A stretch of 63,008 bases of DNA, filler included, from Basidiobolus ranarum (GCA_040143965.1; 50 parts of 50 records of this genome joined end to end with filler, not necessarily neighbours in it), one strand, 5' to 3'. Positions 36,582-50,440 are shown, numbered from the whole stretch's first letter. Translations and numbers: made by a program. The notes: generated from the sequence alone by a model not told the origin.

Positions 36582-37731
36582 NNNNNNNNNNNNNNNNNNN
36601 NNNNNNNNNNNNNNNNNNNNNNNNNTTAATTAATTAANNNNNNNNNNNNNNNNNNNNNNNNNNNNNNNNNNNNNNNNNNNNCGGTGTAGCTTAGTGTATC
36701 CAGAGTGCCACAGCTGTAGCACGATACCGGACCAGGTTACTCTTGTCTAAATGGCTGTTTGCACACCTTTTCCCATAACAAATGATTCAGCCGAAACTTC
36801 TTGCAGCCTCATTCATACTTTTCACATATGAAGTCAGGGCATAGTTTGACTTACACTGTCTAAGCACACATCTACACCACCAAGCAAATGCTGTACTTGC
36901 AGGCTTACTACATAGTATTTATCTCTAATTAACTCCATTCATTTCAGCCATTAGCCAATATTCACATACTCCATTCATTTTAGCCATTAGCCAATATTCG
37001 AACAGTATAATGTGAATCAGCTTAGGGTTAGCTTAGATACAAACAGCTAACATATTTGGTAGATTATCTCGAAGATCGCGTTGCCTAAAGTGAAGCACTA
37101 ATGATAGACGCTATTATTGGCTTGGTTTTGACTCAATGTTGTCCTAAAACATCGCGTATTAGGCGGACGAGCTAATCTGAGTTTATTTTCAGTGAGTTAC
37201 TGAGACATTATAACCTATTTTGTGAACGCGAAGTACCTGACAAAGTAGCTTATATGATCAAGTATCATTTGGCATATCTATGGCACATGATGTTGATCAC
37301 ATGATAATGGTGGTATTTTTATAGGGAACATTAAATTGGAGCTACTGAATGTTGTAATTGAAATAATAGAAGCATCTCTATAATTGACATTACATTTAAC
37401 ATTCGTAATTTTGTGTATAGACTATTTCGTTTAATTTAAGCCAGCTTTCTATGAGTGCCCTCCATGGACTTCGGTTCTTTGGGAATCTTTCATGTATAAA
37501 TAGAAGATATACATGTAAGCTTCGATAGTATTGCTTGCATTACGATGAAACTGTGTTATATTTTGGGGAATGCAAATAAGCTCCAATATTTCATATTCAA
37601 AAGAGGATAGTTATTTTTTAATGGCTTCAACAATATAATTCTAAATATTACATTGGAGTTACATACTATTTATCCGTTAACATGCAGCTTCTTATGGAGA
37701 TGACTTACTCTTACTTTCCAAACCTCCATGA

Positions 37732-37842
37732 TGTTAAAGTATTTGGGAGCCTGTTGGAAGTGGTTTGGAGAATTAGAGAAATTGGTGGTTTTCACTTGTT
37801 GATTTATTGAGTAGAAAGTTGACATTTATACTTTTGTCAAGA
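37732..37842 (-). repeat. Copia-A LTR 3' part
   Basis: TGTTAAAGTATTTGGGAG. Confidence 0.9.
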
Positions 37843-37942
37843 NNNNNNNNNNNNNNNNNNNNNNNNNNNNNNNNNNNNNNNNNNNNTTAATTAATTAANN
37901 NNNNNNNNNNNNNNNNNNNNNNNNNNNNNNNNNNNNNNNNNN

Positions 37943-38657
37943 ATTGTCTTCTTAGAAATATCTTGTTGGCAGCAGAACTTGTTTGGTAGGTGTCTTCCAA
38001 GGCTTTCCATACCTTCTTGGCAGTTTTAGCTCTTGAACATTGAATTAGCAATTGGTCTTTAACATTAAGACAAATTGTGTTTAAGGCACTTTGTTCTTTT
38101 TAACCTGGTGTAAAACTTTGGTTTCAGATAGTTTTCCATTGTTTTCTTCTCCTACAACAGTGTCCCAAAGTTCTTTTTCTTGCTGCAGCATTTTCATTTT
38201 AATTTTCCAAACTTGATAATTGGTTTCATTCAGTTTTTCAGAAGAAAGAAAAGTTCCATAAATTTAAGAAGTAGACATTACAGAGAGTGCAAGCTTGGGG
38301 CTCATAACCTGTTTAAGTATTTGGTAGCCTATTGGAAGTGGTTTGGAGAATTAGAGGAATTGGAGGTTTTCACTTTTTGATTTATTGAGTAGAAAGTTGA
38401 CATTTATAGTTTTGTCAAGATGTAAACAAACTAACGGGTAGAATGTGTTAAGGAAGGTCCCAGGAAGATGTGTGCAAAGTTTAGTGCTTCTAGCACAAGT
38501 TTGAAAAATCTATATATCTGAGAACCTCTAAGTTTGTAAAAATATTCTAAGTTAGTTCCAATTGGGGATAATTGATAATATCTTAGTGAATTATAAGATA
38601 ACTAAGTATTAAGCTATATATGACTATATAGGTGTTTAGGCAATGCTAATTTCAACA
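37943..38657 (-). mobile_element. Copia-A 5' end: LTR 38310-38657, PBS 38296-38309, gag from 38278
   Basis: Colinear with 27890-28594. Confidence 0.92.
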
Positions 38658-39103
38658 TCTATAAGCACTGGTGATTTAGGTACTGATACAATGGATAGGA
38701 TCAAATTATTATGACTCTTAAACCATTCAGAAGGAGGAAGATTTAAGTTTATTAAAATTATTGGCCAGCAAACCTTTCCAATGGTATATTTGTGTAGTGA
38801 GAAACTATTCAGAGCCAATGCAAATGCATGATTATATGTGTTCTCAAAGAAACCTTGACTTTTCAGATTCTAGTAGTGATATCCATCAAGTATATTGATA
38901 ATACCATCAGCTTTATGGTGAGTATTTTGGTATTGTATTAATGATCTATATTTGGGTGATTTCATCATACCTCTAAGATGGGGACTCAACAGTATAAGCT
39001 AAAAATGAATGATATTTACCTGATTCAGTGATTGCCAATTGTGTGCAAACAGTACATGACTTCAGGTTTTTCAGATCACTGGTGAAAGCCAAACAACCAT
39101 TTG
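38658..39103 (-). mobile_element. CMC-1 transposase fragment
   Basis: AFALALNSF..CWPIILINLNLPPSEWF..PKSP. Confidence 0.88.
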
Positions 39104-39203
39104 NNNNNNNNNNNNNNNNNNNNNNNNNNNNNNNNNNNNNNNNNNNNTTAATTAATTAANNNNNNNNNNNNNNNNNNNNNNNNNNNNNNNNNNNNNNNNN
39201 NNN

Positions 39204-40259
39204 TAGGCCTATACTAGCCCAATTGCCATTTGCTTGCAAAAACCCAGGATAAGCCACATGATATAAGTCAAGAACCTTCAGAGTAATGCCTGGTTTTTGG
39301 TTTTTCCACAATTGGCTCAAATCCGGATGATTTTGGGCAAAATTCCACACAGTTTTCAAAATGTTAAACCACTCATCATCAGAGCAAGTGAAAGCAGCTC
39401 TGACATTGAGAGTCTTTTGGTTTGCTGGTTTTCCTATGAGATTTCTACTGTCATATGCCCAAGCAAATTTGGGATGTTGTGTAGGCATAATGGTATAACA
39501 CATATTCTGCTCTGCTAGATTGGCATGGTGAAGTTTATATATATGGTGTGGGATTGATTGAAATCCCATATGAGAATGGACAGAGAGAGCAGCATGTTGC
39601 TACAGCTCAAGTACAGCACTTTGAAGATCTAGCATCATTGTTGAGTTACTCTCTAATTGTTGACTAGTTGCTTCCAAATGCTGCATTAATTGCAATATTG
39701 CGGCATTATTGCTTGCCATGGCCTGTATAGCAACTTTGTAGTTTTTACTCATGATTGCATACAAATCATTACTGTGTTCTGCCTGCAATTCACTTGCTGC
39801 AATAATTCTTTCCAAATATTCTACTGAGGGATGTTCAATAGTGGGCAAAGTAGCCATTTTAGAAGTTGATTGTCTTGATGGTGTTTTGGTTGAACTAAAA
39901 TATTCACCCATCTGATCCCCATTAGATAACTATTCAAATTTTGCAATCAAAGGCTCCAAGACGCTATCTATAAGCACTGGTGATTTAGGTCCAGATATGA
40001 CAATTGTATCAAAATATTATGACTCTTTTACCATTCAGAAGGAGGAAAATTAGAGTTGTTTAAATACATTGGCCAGCAAGCCTTTAGAACAGTATATTTG
40101 TTTAGTGAGAAACCATCCAGAGCCAATGTAAATGCATGCCCTTACATGTTGTCAAAGAAACCTTGACTTTTCAGCTTCTGGTAGTGATATCCATCAAGTA
40201 TATCAGTAATACCATCAGCTTTATGGTGAGTACTTGGGTAGTGGATTAATGGTCTATAT
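39204..40259 (-). mobile_element. CMC-1 ORF2 (39204-~39896) abutting a transposase fragment (~39897-40259)
   Basis: Colinear with 22940-23630 and 43985-44143/58086-58330; no TIR at the junction. Confidence 0.82.
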
Positions 40260-40363
40260 TGTTGAAGTTTATTGTCTTTATCATATATGTTATCCCTATC
40301 TTTATACACCTAACTATTTCATATATCACATATTAGTTAGTCAACATTATTTAGTCAAATATC
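40260..40363 (+). repeat. Copia-B LTR 5' part
   Basis: TGTTGAAGTTTATTGTC. Confidence 0.9.
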
Positions 40364-40463
40364 NNNNNNNNNNNNNNNNNNNNNNNNNNNNNNNNNNNNN
40401 NNNNNNNTTAATTAATTAANNNNNNNNNNNNNNNNNNNNNNNNNNNNNNNNNNNNNNNNNNNN

Positions 40464-41137
40464 TGTAATGGTAACCTTGGAAGATGTCTTATATATTCCA
40501 TCATTTACAACAAATCTGTTTTCAATTGGAGCAATTGAAAAGAAACATTATGATGTCAAATTCAGCCAAGGAAAAGCAACCATATACAAATCAAAGAACT
40601 TGTTAGTAGCAACTGGAACAAGAATTAGGAATCTATATCACCGGGATATTGCACCAATAACTGAGACGGTTTCTAACTTAGCAACAATTACTTCTAGAAA
40701 ATTGATGACTTGGCATCAGCACTTGGGTCATCTAAACTATAATAGTGTGAAACTATAATATAAAAATAGCCTGTGTACTGGAATGGATCTTAAGTCCTCA
40801 GATATTACTAAATGTGAAAGCTGTATTCAAGGGAAAATCTCCAGAAAACCATTTCCAAAAGAAGGAGCTAGCAAAGCCAAAGATTTATTGGATCTTATTC
40901 ATACAGACTTATGTGGCCCAATGCAAACTCCAACACCAAGTAAGCAACAATATTTACTCATCTTTATTGATGAAAAATCTCACTTCACAGTTTCATATCT
41001 TTTATCAAGCAAAGGAGAAGTGTTTCAATATTTCAAGATATATGAAGCAATGGTCACAACCATAACAGGAAGAAAAATCAAATACTTACACAGTGATAAT
41101 GGAACTGAATATAGCAATGAAGCCATGACTAGTTTTT
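40464..41137 (+). mobile_element. Copia protease tail, gag-pre-integrase and integrase
   Basis: DVLYIP..NLFSI, WHQHLGH, CESCIQGK, DLIHTDLCGP, HSDNGTEY. Confidence 0.93.
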
Positions 41138-41623
41138 TATTGGGAAAATATGGGCTGCTTGGAGGAACTTTAGAAAAGTGGAGTTGTGAATAACTTTGTG
41201 AGATGATTATTTATTGACCAGAAATAAAGCAATTATACATTTTGGTGGAAATACAGAAAACTAACACTGGGGTTGTGCTCAGAGCATCTGTGGGAGTAAA
41301 ATGAGCTATTTTTGGGGCAATTTGGACAAGTTTGAAATTTCCAATATGGAATTGCTAATTCTCACATTATTCACATATATATAATATATGTTCAAATTTT
41401 CAGCTAAGTGATATTTGGCTAAGTAATGTTAAATAACTTAGATGTGATATATGAAGTAGTTAGGTATATAAAGAAAGAGAAAACAAATATGATAAAGACA
41501 ATAAACTTCAATACTCCCACTCAACTAAATATTCATATATCTTAATCCTAACTTAAATCTTAATTCTTCAAATTTTGGCTTGGGTAATGGTTTGGTAAGG
41601 ATGTCAGCAATCATGTCCTCAGT
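41138..41623 (-). mobile_element. Copia-B 3' end: RNase H tail, PPT GAGTGGGAG, LTR 41138-41513
   Basis: TEDMIADILTKPL; 376-bp LTR. Confidence 0.92.
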
Positions 41624-41725
41624 NNNNNNNNNNNNNNNNNNNNNNNNNNNNNNNNNNNNNNNNNNNNTTAATTAATTAANNNNNNNNNNNNNNNNNNNNN
41701 NNNNNNNNNNNNNNNNNNNNNNNAC

Positions 41726-41926
41726 GCACCTGAAACTCAAGAGACCCTATCCGCTAATGCAATCAAACATTATCAGAGAAATGTTCTTCATTATGGGCCA
41801 TTAGAAACCACCGTATCATCGCCAAATAGTCAACGTAATGACAATATTGACCCTATAGGAAGAATCATTCCCACACGCCTCAAGCATAGGATTATCTATT
41901 CTAGTTCAGATGATGATAATGGATGA
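41726..41926 (+). CDS. Possible 3' end of an unknown gene (66 aa)
   Basis: Frame open from contig edge to TGA, then AT-rich sequence with AATAAA; no recognisable motif. Confidence 0.3.
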   Translation, partial: APETQETLSANAIKHYQRNVLHYGPLETTVSSPNSQRNDNIDPIGRIIPTRLKHRIIYSSSDDDNG

Positions 41927-42983
41927 CAATGCATTAACCAAACATTATCTGTATTTGATATCTTATATATTATCTTTGATACCTTGTCACTTTAAATAAA
42001 TAGGCCATTCCTTTATTCAGATTTTAGTGTTTTGGATTTTGGATTTCCGCAATGTGATGAAATATTCAAGTTAGCGGTACGCAAATGAAACAAGTGCTTC
42101 AAAATAATACTATTGATCAGCTGGTGAAAAGCATTGATTAAAAATAAGAAAGCAATACTACAGGCTTGCAAATTGATTTGTGAATGAAAATTATCAAGTT
42201 GTATATTAACAAAATCGAATATCATTTTCTCTCTCAGGTAAGTTGTACCCCCCCCATCAATAATATACCTCCACATTAGAAAGGCCTCACTTTCATTGTA
42301 ATGGAGTCGGAAGTGTTTGAGCAGTGTACCGGATCATTTGTCTCTCTCAAGACAGTGGGTCATTAGATGTCCTAGAAGCACAGCAAACTGTGTGCATTCT
42401 GATCAACGTTCAACCTTGAGAACGTGGTACTGTTTTTATTACTTCCCATATTGGCCATATTAGGTGCAGACCCTATTGTAGCGGCAAAAGCTTTGCTCTG
42501 GTCAATAGTTCATATCAGCAAGCAGTGTATGTTATACGTTGAAAGTCTTTGGTCATTTGTTTAACAATAATGACAAGTTATGCATCATAACTTGGAGGCA
42601 CTATTTACGGTGTTCTCTGACTATAGTACTTTTTTGACTTAATGTATACAGCATGCTTGACTTGAACAAAAAGACACCTCTAACCATATTAGGTGTAAAA
42701 ACCTATTGTAGCGGCGAAAGTTTTGCTCTGGTAATGTGTCAAGCAGTCTGGTTCCTAATCATTTGTCTCCATGGAGATGATAGGTTTTGCAAAACCTAGA
42801 GGTATAGTTAGCTATATACTCTGATTATGGATCACTCACGAGTGAATATACCACTGCTTATCTGATATTTGGTGCCATTTTAGNNNNNNNNNNNNNNNNN
42901 NNNNNNNNNNNNNNNNNNNNNNNNNNNTTAATTAATTAANNNNNNNNNNNNNNNNNNNNNNNNNNNNNNNNNNNNNNNNNNNN

Positions 42984-44143
42984 AACCTGTGAGCACATTG
43001 AAAAGAGCCCTTTGTTGGCAGGTTAATATACTCTGGAGTCTCCTTAACCCATTGCATTACATCCATCACTGATTTTGCTGATACATTGTTAATCAGATTA
43101 GCATACGGTAATACTGACGATTTCACACGGAGCATCATTTCACCGCAGGTGCACTCCATTGGGAACTCCCAGAATGTATAGCAAGGGCCTATAATCTCTA
43201 AGCATTGTGAAAGATGCAGCAGGGAATGTATTGAATACCGGCATAGATTCAGTCTATCTTCTTTAAACCTGTAATAAAGTTTTTCATATCCAATTACAAA
43301 ATCTTTGCACAGTTGCTGTATCTGCCTGAGATCTGCCAATGTGAGTTGATGCCATAAGAATATATTAACAATATCCACAAACAACTCCCAATGTTGCCAA
43401 TACTTATCAGGCAGAAATCTTTTCAAAATTCCACTTGAATATATACAAATCCAATACTTCCAGTCTTTGCATTTGAATAAACACCTAGATGAGTGGATAT
43501 TGATTGGAGTCCTGGTAAAATATGATGGTATCTTGATGTTTTCAAGCATTTTCCCAATCAATTCAAACTTTGATCCTATGTCAAATGTCTCATTCATATT
43601 GAATTCTCAACTATATAGCTGAGTAAGTAGTATTGGAATGTTGTTGAATAGTAAGTGCATGGTGCCTAATAGTAAGCTCTGGCTCCAGCTGATCCCCTTG
43701 AGCAATATAATCTTAGGATTATGGCTAATACCAAGTTTGATGTTAGAATGACTGTTTGGTAAATTGATATCAGTGATCATGTTGAAATCTGACCGGGCCC
43801 TTGACGGTAAAATCATGGAGTTTAGTGTTGCATTTGGATAGTAGTAATGTGTATGCTTGTTAGAGTAAACTCCATTGATTTGACAAAATCTACAGCAAGC
43901 TAGTGCATTGTGCCCGCAAAAACCTCCAAGTTTACTGATGGCAGGAGTGTCACCAATACATACTGTGATATCAGCTTTAATAAAATATTCACCCATCTGA
44001 ACCCCATTAGATAACCGTTCAAATTCCGCAATCAAAGGCTCCAAGAAGCTATCTATAAGCATTGGTGATTTAGGTCCAGATATGATGGATAGTATCAAAA
44101 TATTATGACTCTTATACCATTCAGAAGGAGGAAGATTTAATTT
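42984..44143 (-). mobile_element. CMC-1 Tnp2-family (CACTA/EnSpm) transposase, best-preserved copy (one frameshift near 43607)
   Basis: SIISGPKSP..DSFLEPLIAEF, IGDTPA, GHNALACCRFC, TMHLLF, YEKLYY..RL..C..SIHSLLHL..GP..WEFPME: the fungal Tnp2 motif series. Confidence 0.92.
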
Positions 44144-44243
44144 NNNNNNNNNNNNNNNNNNNNNNNNNNNNNNNNNNNNNNNNNNNNTTAATTAATTAAN
44201 NNNNNNNNNNNNNNNNNNNNNNNNNNNNNNNNNNNNNNNNNNN

Positions 44244-45403
44244 AAAACCATTGTCTTCTTCTTCAACTTCTGATATACTACCATTGTTAATGGAATAGTT
44301 AAGGTCAACATCTAGCAGCAAGTTGTCAATGTTGTCTGGACTTACTGGCTTGACCAAAGTTGCATTTCTACCTACTTCATTCTGGTCATAAAACTGGAGT
44401 AACTCCATGGTTTCTTGACTATTGGCAGTGTTACCAAAACTAGGAGGCAAAACACAGTCAGTGGACTTAATGGCCAAAATTAAAGTCAACATAGTGCACT
44501 TATTACTGTTGTTGTACACCAGGCTTTGTACAGCTGGTAGCTTTGTACAGTGGCAATGCTTGTGGCTATTCTCTCTATGAAGACCCTGGCTCTCATAGAA
44601 CAAGAATTTGTGACAATAATAACAAAGCTTCTTTAAATGTTAGTGTTGTGTCATGAGAAGGATATTGTAGAAAAACAAACACCTCCTACCTAAGGGTGGT
44701 TTTTAGGTATAACCCATTGATATCATCAGTTGATTCTGCAATGGTGTCACAGATAAGTCATCAGGAGATTTAGAAGATATTTCCGGCAATCAATGGCAAT
44801 TTTGGTTGATTATGAGCTATTTCTAAGCAATTTCATTACACCAAGTTTACCATCTGAATATTTCAATGCCATTCAAAAAGCATTCAAAATCTAGATCAAT
44901 ATTGGCTTCCAAGCCAAAGCCTGCTGGCACAAAAGGAAAGAAACCAGTAAGACAGAGGACTTCATTGATGAGCGGTCTGGCAATCCACCATCCAATTTGG
45001 ATGGCATTAACATACCAAAAACTAACTCAAGTACTGATGAAGCATTAATCAATTTACCAGATGTGTTCCTTTCCAGCAATAGTACAAGTGAAGAGATTGT
45101 TATCCCTCAATTTCATAGCAAATCAATAGTTGAGTAAAGTTCAACCAAAACACTGTCAATACCATCAACTTCCAAAATGTCTACTTTGCCCACTATTAAA
45201 CAACCCTCTCTAAAAAATTTGGATAGAAATATAACAGCAAGGTACTTACTGGCAGAACCCCATCATGATTTGAATGCAGTCATGAGCAAAAACTACAAAA
45301 TTGCTATAGAGGCCATGACTAGCAATAATGTTGCAACATCACAATTTAGGCGGCATTTGGAAGCAACTGGTCAAAAGTTAGAGAGTCACTCAACATTGAT
45401 ACA
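44244..45403. mobile_element. CMC-1 centre: transposase start (minus, below ~44650) and ORF2 start (plus, ATG 44866), head to head
   Basis: Left part matches 14501-14935 and 58730-58925; right part matches MPFKKHSKS of 23905. Confidence 0.82.
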
Positions 45404-45503
45404 NNNNNNNNNNNNNNNNNNNNNNNNNNNNNNNNNNNNNNNNNNNNTTAATTAATTAANNNNNNNNNNNNNNNNNNNNNNNNNNNNNNNNNNNNNNNNN
45501 NNN

Positions 45504-46663
45504 CTACAAAGCACTGGTAGAGAAAGAATCAGCACAAAAAACAAGGGTACTCAGGAGTAAAAATGGTGGAGAATACTGCTCTAAAGACTTTGCTAGTTTT
45601 TGCTCTAAACATGGAATTAGGCAACAAACCACTGTACCTTATACTCCACAGCAAAATGGAGTTGCAGAATGTGCTAATATGACAATAGTGCATATGGCAA
45701 GATAAATGTTATATGATCAAAGGTTAGATTACCAATATTAGGCTATATCTGCCTCCACTGCATTCTATATCAGAAAAAGATGCCCAACAAGATTGATACA
45801 AAATTCTACCCTATTTGAAGCCCTATATAGACCAAAACCAAGTGCGGATCATCTCAGGATCTTTGGTTGCACAGCATATTACCTAATTCCAGCTCAAATA
45901 TGCTCAAAATTGGAACCCAAAAGCAGAAAATGCATATTTCTTGGTTACTATGATGGATCCAAGGCCTACAAATTGTTTGATACTAAAAATCAGAAGTTAA
46001 TCAAATGCAGAGACGTGATTTTTGATGAAAAAGCAAATTTTTAACCTCAAACCACTGCTCTTGAACCAGAAAACACAATCAGCACTACTCAGAAAGTGTC
46101 TCACAAAATTCCAGCTGTATCTGAGCCCTATTCAACTCAAATTTCAGTTCTAAGTACATCAAAGAATGATGCAGGACCCAGAAGATCATCCAGAAGGAAA
46201 AATAAGCCAGGAAACTGGTGGAACACTTCAATGATGATGTACATGCTTATGCAGCACTCTGTGAAAAGCCACAGACTCTAGATCAAGCTCTGGAATGACC
46301 AGAATCAAATTTATGAGAAAAACTAATGCCAGATGAGTTTTCTTCATTTCAGGACAATAAAACATGGGCTTTAAGTCCTCCTCCATCAGGGAGAAAGCCA
46401 ATATGTTGTGAATGGGTCTACAAAGTAATAAACCGAGTTGATGGAACCACAGAAAGAAGAGAGATAAACCCAATCAGAAAATCATGCTGAGTCAGTCTAG
46501 ATAAATCCTAGACATTCTAAAACACATCAATATGGAGAATAGCAAGCCTTTATCAACACAAATGGATCCCAATGTGAAATTAATCAAAATTTCATTGGAT
46601 TTGGCCAAAAATGACTCAAATCAAAGCCAGGAGTTCCCTTATCAATCCATGGTTGGTAGTTTA
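45504..46663 (+). mobile_element. Copia integrase to RT, degenerate with deletions
   Basis: NGGEY, PYTPQQNGVAE, HLRIFGC, SKLEPKSRKCIFLGY, PYQSMVGSL. Confidence 0.92.
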
Positions 46664-46763
46664 NNNNNNNNNNNNNNNNNNNNNNNNNNNNNNNNNNNNN
46701 NNNNNNNTTAATTAATTAANNNNNNNNNNNNNNNNNNNNNNNNNNNNNNNNNNNNNNNNNNNN

Positions 46764-47207
46764 GTCAGATATACTGGCAAAAAGCTTAATTTCACCATGG
46801 AACCAGGTACACCAGTTGGAAGAGTGCTAAATTTGGAAGTTTATCCAACACCTGGCACCTCTCAACAAGCCAAAGTACCAGCAAATAAAACTCATGGCTC
46901 TACAACATCAACTGGTACTGTTCGAAGTGTTGAAGTTAGGCCCAGAATTTAAGGCAAGCAAAATCCAACAGGAACACTGCAAAGCACCCTCAGTAGTGTC
47001 ACAGCACAAGGACATATGAAAATAGTCAAAGTGCTTGAGGAGTATTTTCATAAGTATCAAAGGAAAAACACAGTTCAACTATGCCAAAAGTTGCTTCAGA
47101 AGAAGAACATTGAACTTGACATTCAGTCTGGTGTTGACCATGCAGATATCTGGGAAGAACTTAATACAGAGTGGCATGATATTGCCAGGTATCCACCAGA
47201 TAGCTGG
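46764..47207 (+). mobile_element. CMC-1 ORF2 C-terminal region
   Basis: Colinear with 61904-62347. Confidence 0.85.
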
Positions 47208-47922
47208 TATCCTGTCATCCTTGGTATCTTGTGGCTCATGCAGCATAGCCCAGTAGTCAACTGGAAAAAGAAGATTATCACATTCAAGCAAGCTCCACCT
47301 CTTAATCAATATTTGCCAACCTTCAAAGTATTCAATGCATCATCAGCCCAAATCCTCAAAACATCTATGAAGTCAATACCCATTGATAGTGTTACTGAGG
47401 AACCAAAACCAGTAGAACCTATGGTTCATAAGCTTCCACCTGAAAACTTAGCCTTTGCAGATGTCTTTGACAAAAAGAAATTTGATATACTCCTAGCTCA
47501 CTACCCATATGACTGCCCTATAGATCTACAAGCAGGAAAACAACCACCATTTGGGTGTATTGATGGGCTTACCCAGCCAAAACTCAACATTCTAAAAGAG
47601 TTTATTGCCAAAAATCTGGAGAAGGATTTATCCAACATCCAAAGTCTCCAGCAGGCCCTCCAATTTTATTTGTTAAGAAAATGGATGGATCCCACCATCT
47701 CTGTGTTGGTTATCAAGACCTAAATAGCATTACAGTCAAAAATGGTACCCCTTGCCTTTGATCAACTCACTCTTGGATTAGCTTGCTTCAGCTGTGGTAC
47801 TTACAAAGATTGCTTTCAGAGGTGCCTACAATCTTGTAAGAATCAAACCAGGAGACCAATGGAAAACTCCCTTCCTAACTTGCTATAGACACTTTGAATA
47901 CAATGTCATGCCATTTGGACTT
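47208..47922 (+). mobile_element. Gypsy protease tail and RT start, degenerate
   Basis: [51 protein letters not shown]. Confidence 0.92.
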
Positions 47923-49281
47923 NNNNNNNNNNNNNNNNNNNNNNNNNNNNNNNNNNNNNNNNNNNNTTAATTAATTAANNNNNNNNNNNNNNNNNNNNNN
48001 NNNNNNNNNNNNNNNNNNNNNNTTTACTTCTAGCTAAGCAACCTTCTTCTGACACTATGGATACATGATACACTAATCAAGTCTTAGCGGCTGTAGAGGA
48101 CAAGTAGAGTAATTCAACAGCCTCCTAACGATGCAATTGAAGTAGCAACACAATGTTAATGACTCCAAGGATCATGCGGAGTTATTTCTGAAAATGGAAT
48201 ATTCTATCGCTTAACTTAATTTAGCAATGCCAGCAGCTGATTTCTGATGTTGTTTGTGAACCGAACATTCAGTTTGTACCGACTTAATCTAGTAAGCCAA
48301 GCTCTTCTGTAAATAGAAGCATCCACAGGGCATACAATACAAATATCGTAGATTTGCCAAAAGGGGGCAAAAGGGGGCAATAGGGGCCAAAAGAGAAATA
48401 GATATCAAATGGTTTGTTCTGATAAACTTGATCTATCATTCCATATCAGCTTTTCTTTTCCGTAGATTTTCCTTATTACGGTCTGGAACTAGGGTTAGTA
48501 AATATTATGTCTAATCTTCTTCCGCTTGTCAACAAGCTTTTGATGAAATGTGCTTAGAATATGATTGCCCGATTAAGTAACTTATTATGATTAAGAATAT
48601 AGTATGATTGACATATTAAGTAACACATCATGATCATGAAGTTAGGACTTTTATGTGGTTTAATATCCGTGATGTAAATATAGTCGCACATATTGAGCTG
48701 ATATTTCTATCATTCTATAAAGGGGTGCATTGTAACTCTATAACAGGGTGTAATATGGAGGGCAATGAAAACATTTGTACTAATTTCTGGATCGAATCGA
48801 TAGCGCAGCAAACTCTGAAGTGCTAAATTTATTTTAAATAATTTCCGATACCTTAGTCAGGGTTACGAGATTGTTAAGTAAATTTAACATGGATACTTTG
48901 TAACTTAGCTTTATTCCATTACCTAGAGATTTATTTATTGTTTATAAGGGGTGGTAGTACAAAAGTTCTTGAAGAGTATCTAAGAAAAATTAGTCGGCAG
49001 AGCTTAGGGGATGATAAACACCAGAAGGGTTAGGGGGAGACAGTCACCAAAAGGTGAAATCTTTATTTTGAACAAAACAAAGAAGCCATAACTACTTTTG
49101 TAGTTTCTTAACTAATGTATGGAGATCTGGAGTATTTGTATGAATGTTGCAAAGCAGAAAAGTTAAGTCAGTAGAATCTAANNNNNNNNNNNNNNNNNNN
49201 NNNNNNNNNNNNNNNNNNNNNNNNNTTAATTAATTAANNNNNNNNNNNNNNNNNNNNNNNNNNNNNNNNNNNNNNNNNNNN

Positions 49282-50440
49282 ACAAGGATCCATGTGGTAT
49301 TCTTGATTAGGGAGTGAATTTCATCATCAGTGGCTTTTCTCCATTCTGTCACTTCATCAGATTTCAGAGCTTGTATCAGATTTTCTGGTTCAGAAAATGC
49401 CATATGTGCAGATATATTCCACCCTTTTTCTGAATTGAAAATGTTAATTTCATGCTCTGATTAGAGACATCCAAAGTCCTTGATAGAATGGTCAGATGTT
49501 TCACTTACAGGATGTTTCTGATTTCCACTCAGTAGGATTTCTGAGACTTGATTGCCTGAATTTTGTGATTGATTGAATTCTTGTTGTGATTGATCATATA
49601 CTTTCAATAATTGATTGCATCCAATATCAGCCAAATTGAGAGTAGGATATTTCTTAGGTATGTGATTGGGCAGAAAATGACTGCCTTTTTTCTGAGCCCA
49701 ATTTCCTGATCCCTGATTGGCTGGCAAAATATCCTTTTTCTGATTACCATATTTTTCATTGGCAGGGATAATATGCTGTTTTCCAGAAGCTGGTTGCAAA
49801 TTATCAGTATCTTCTGAGTAATTATCAGGTTTTCTGGTATGAATTGGTGCATTTCCAGTGCTGCCTTATGATTATTACTCAGATAGCTGCTTGATTCCAG
49901 AATATCACATAATAGTGTGTTCTCCTTGATTTCTGTACTCATAGTGAAGCTAGAGGTAGGATTATTACTTGTTGGTTTTCTGCTAGGAATATTCACCACA
50001 GAGATTGGTAATAATTTGAGCATTGTCATATATTCATTGGTGGCTGATGTTTCAGACCTTGTCCCAGATGTGATATTTTCTAAATTTGGATACTGTTGAT
50101 AGATAGTTTCAGATTCCAAATTTGGCCTAATTCCAGTATCTATTTCCAATGTAGCATTTTCCAAGTTGGTTTCAGTACTTGTTAGCTCAAGATTGGTTTC
50201 AGAGCTCATTGACTCAGAATTTGAGTTGTTGAGAAATTGATTTTCAGCCAAATTCAAATTCCCTTCATTAGAAGATTTGAGATTTTCTTCAATGAATATA
50301 GTATCTCTGGAGTTGATGATTTGATTTGTGGCCGCAATTAGGAGATGGTATACTTTTTTCTGATATCCTAATAGGATACATTTAATTGCCTTTTTGTCCA
50401 ATTTCTGATGCTGAGGTTTAGGAATATGAGCATATACTAT
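49282..50440 (-). mobile_element. Copia pol: integrase C-terminus and long low-complexity linker up to the pre-RT region
   Basis: KLDKKAIKCILLGY, IINSRD.IF.E; EPENLIQALKSDE..EWRKA..DEI.SL. Confidence 0.88.

Noticed and set aside
36932-37001. 36-bp direct duplication with two AGCCAAT motifs
   Set aside because: Simple local duplication; no linked gene visible
42455-42732. Two ~48-bp imperfect direct repeats 229 bp apart
   Set aside because: Only two copies, no array, no LTR or TIR hallmarks
47016-47723. 235-aa ORF as a novel fusion gene
   Set aside because: Chance in-frame junction at ~47207 between CMC-1 ORF2 and Gypsy pol; both halves are degenerate
48023-49181. Coding or RNA gene in this contig (also 31636-32475 and 36682-37731)
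   Set aside because: No supported ORF or structure; appears intergenic
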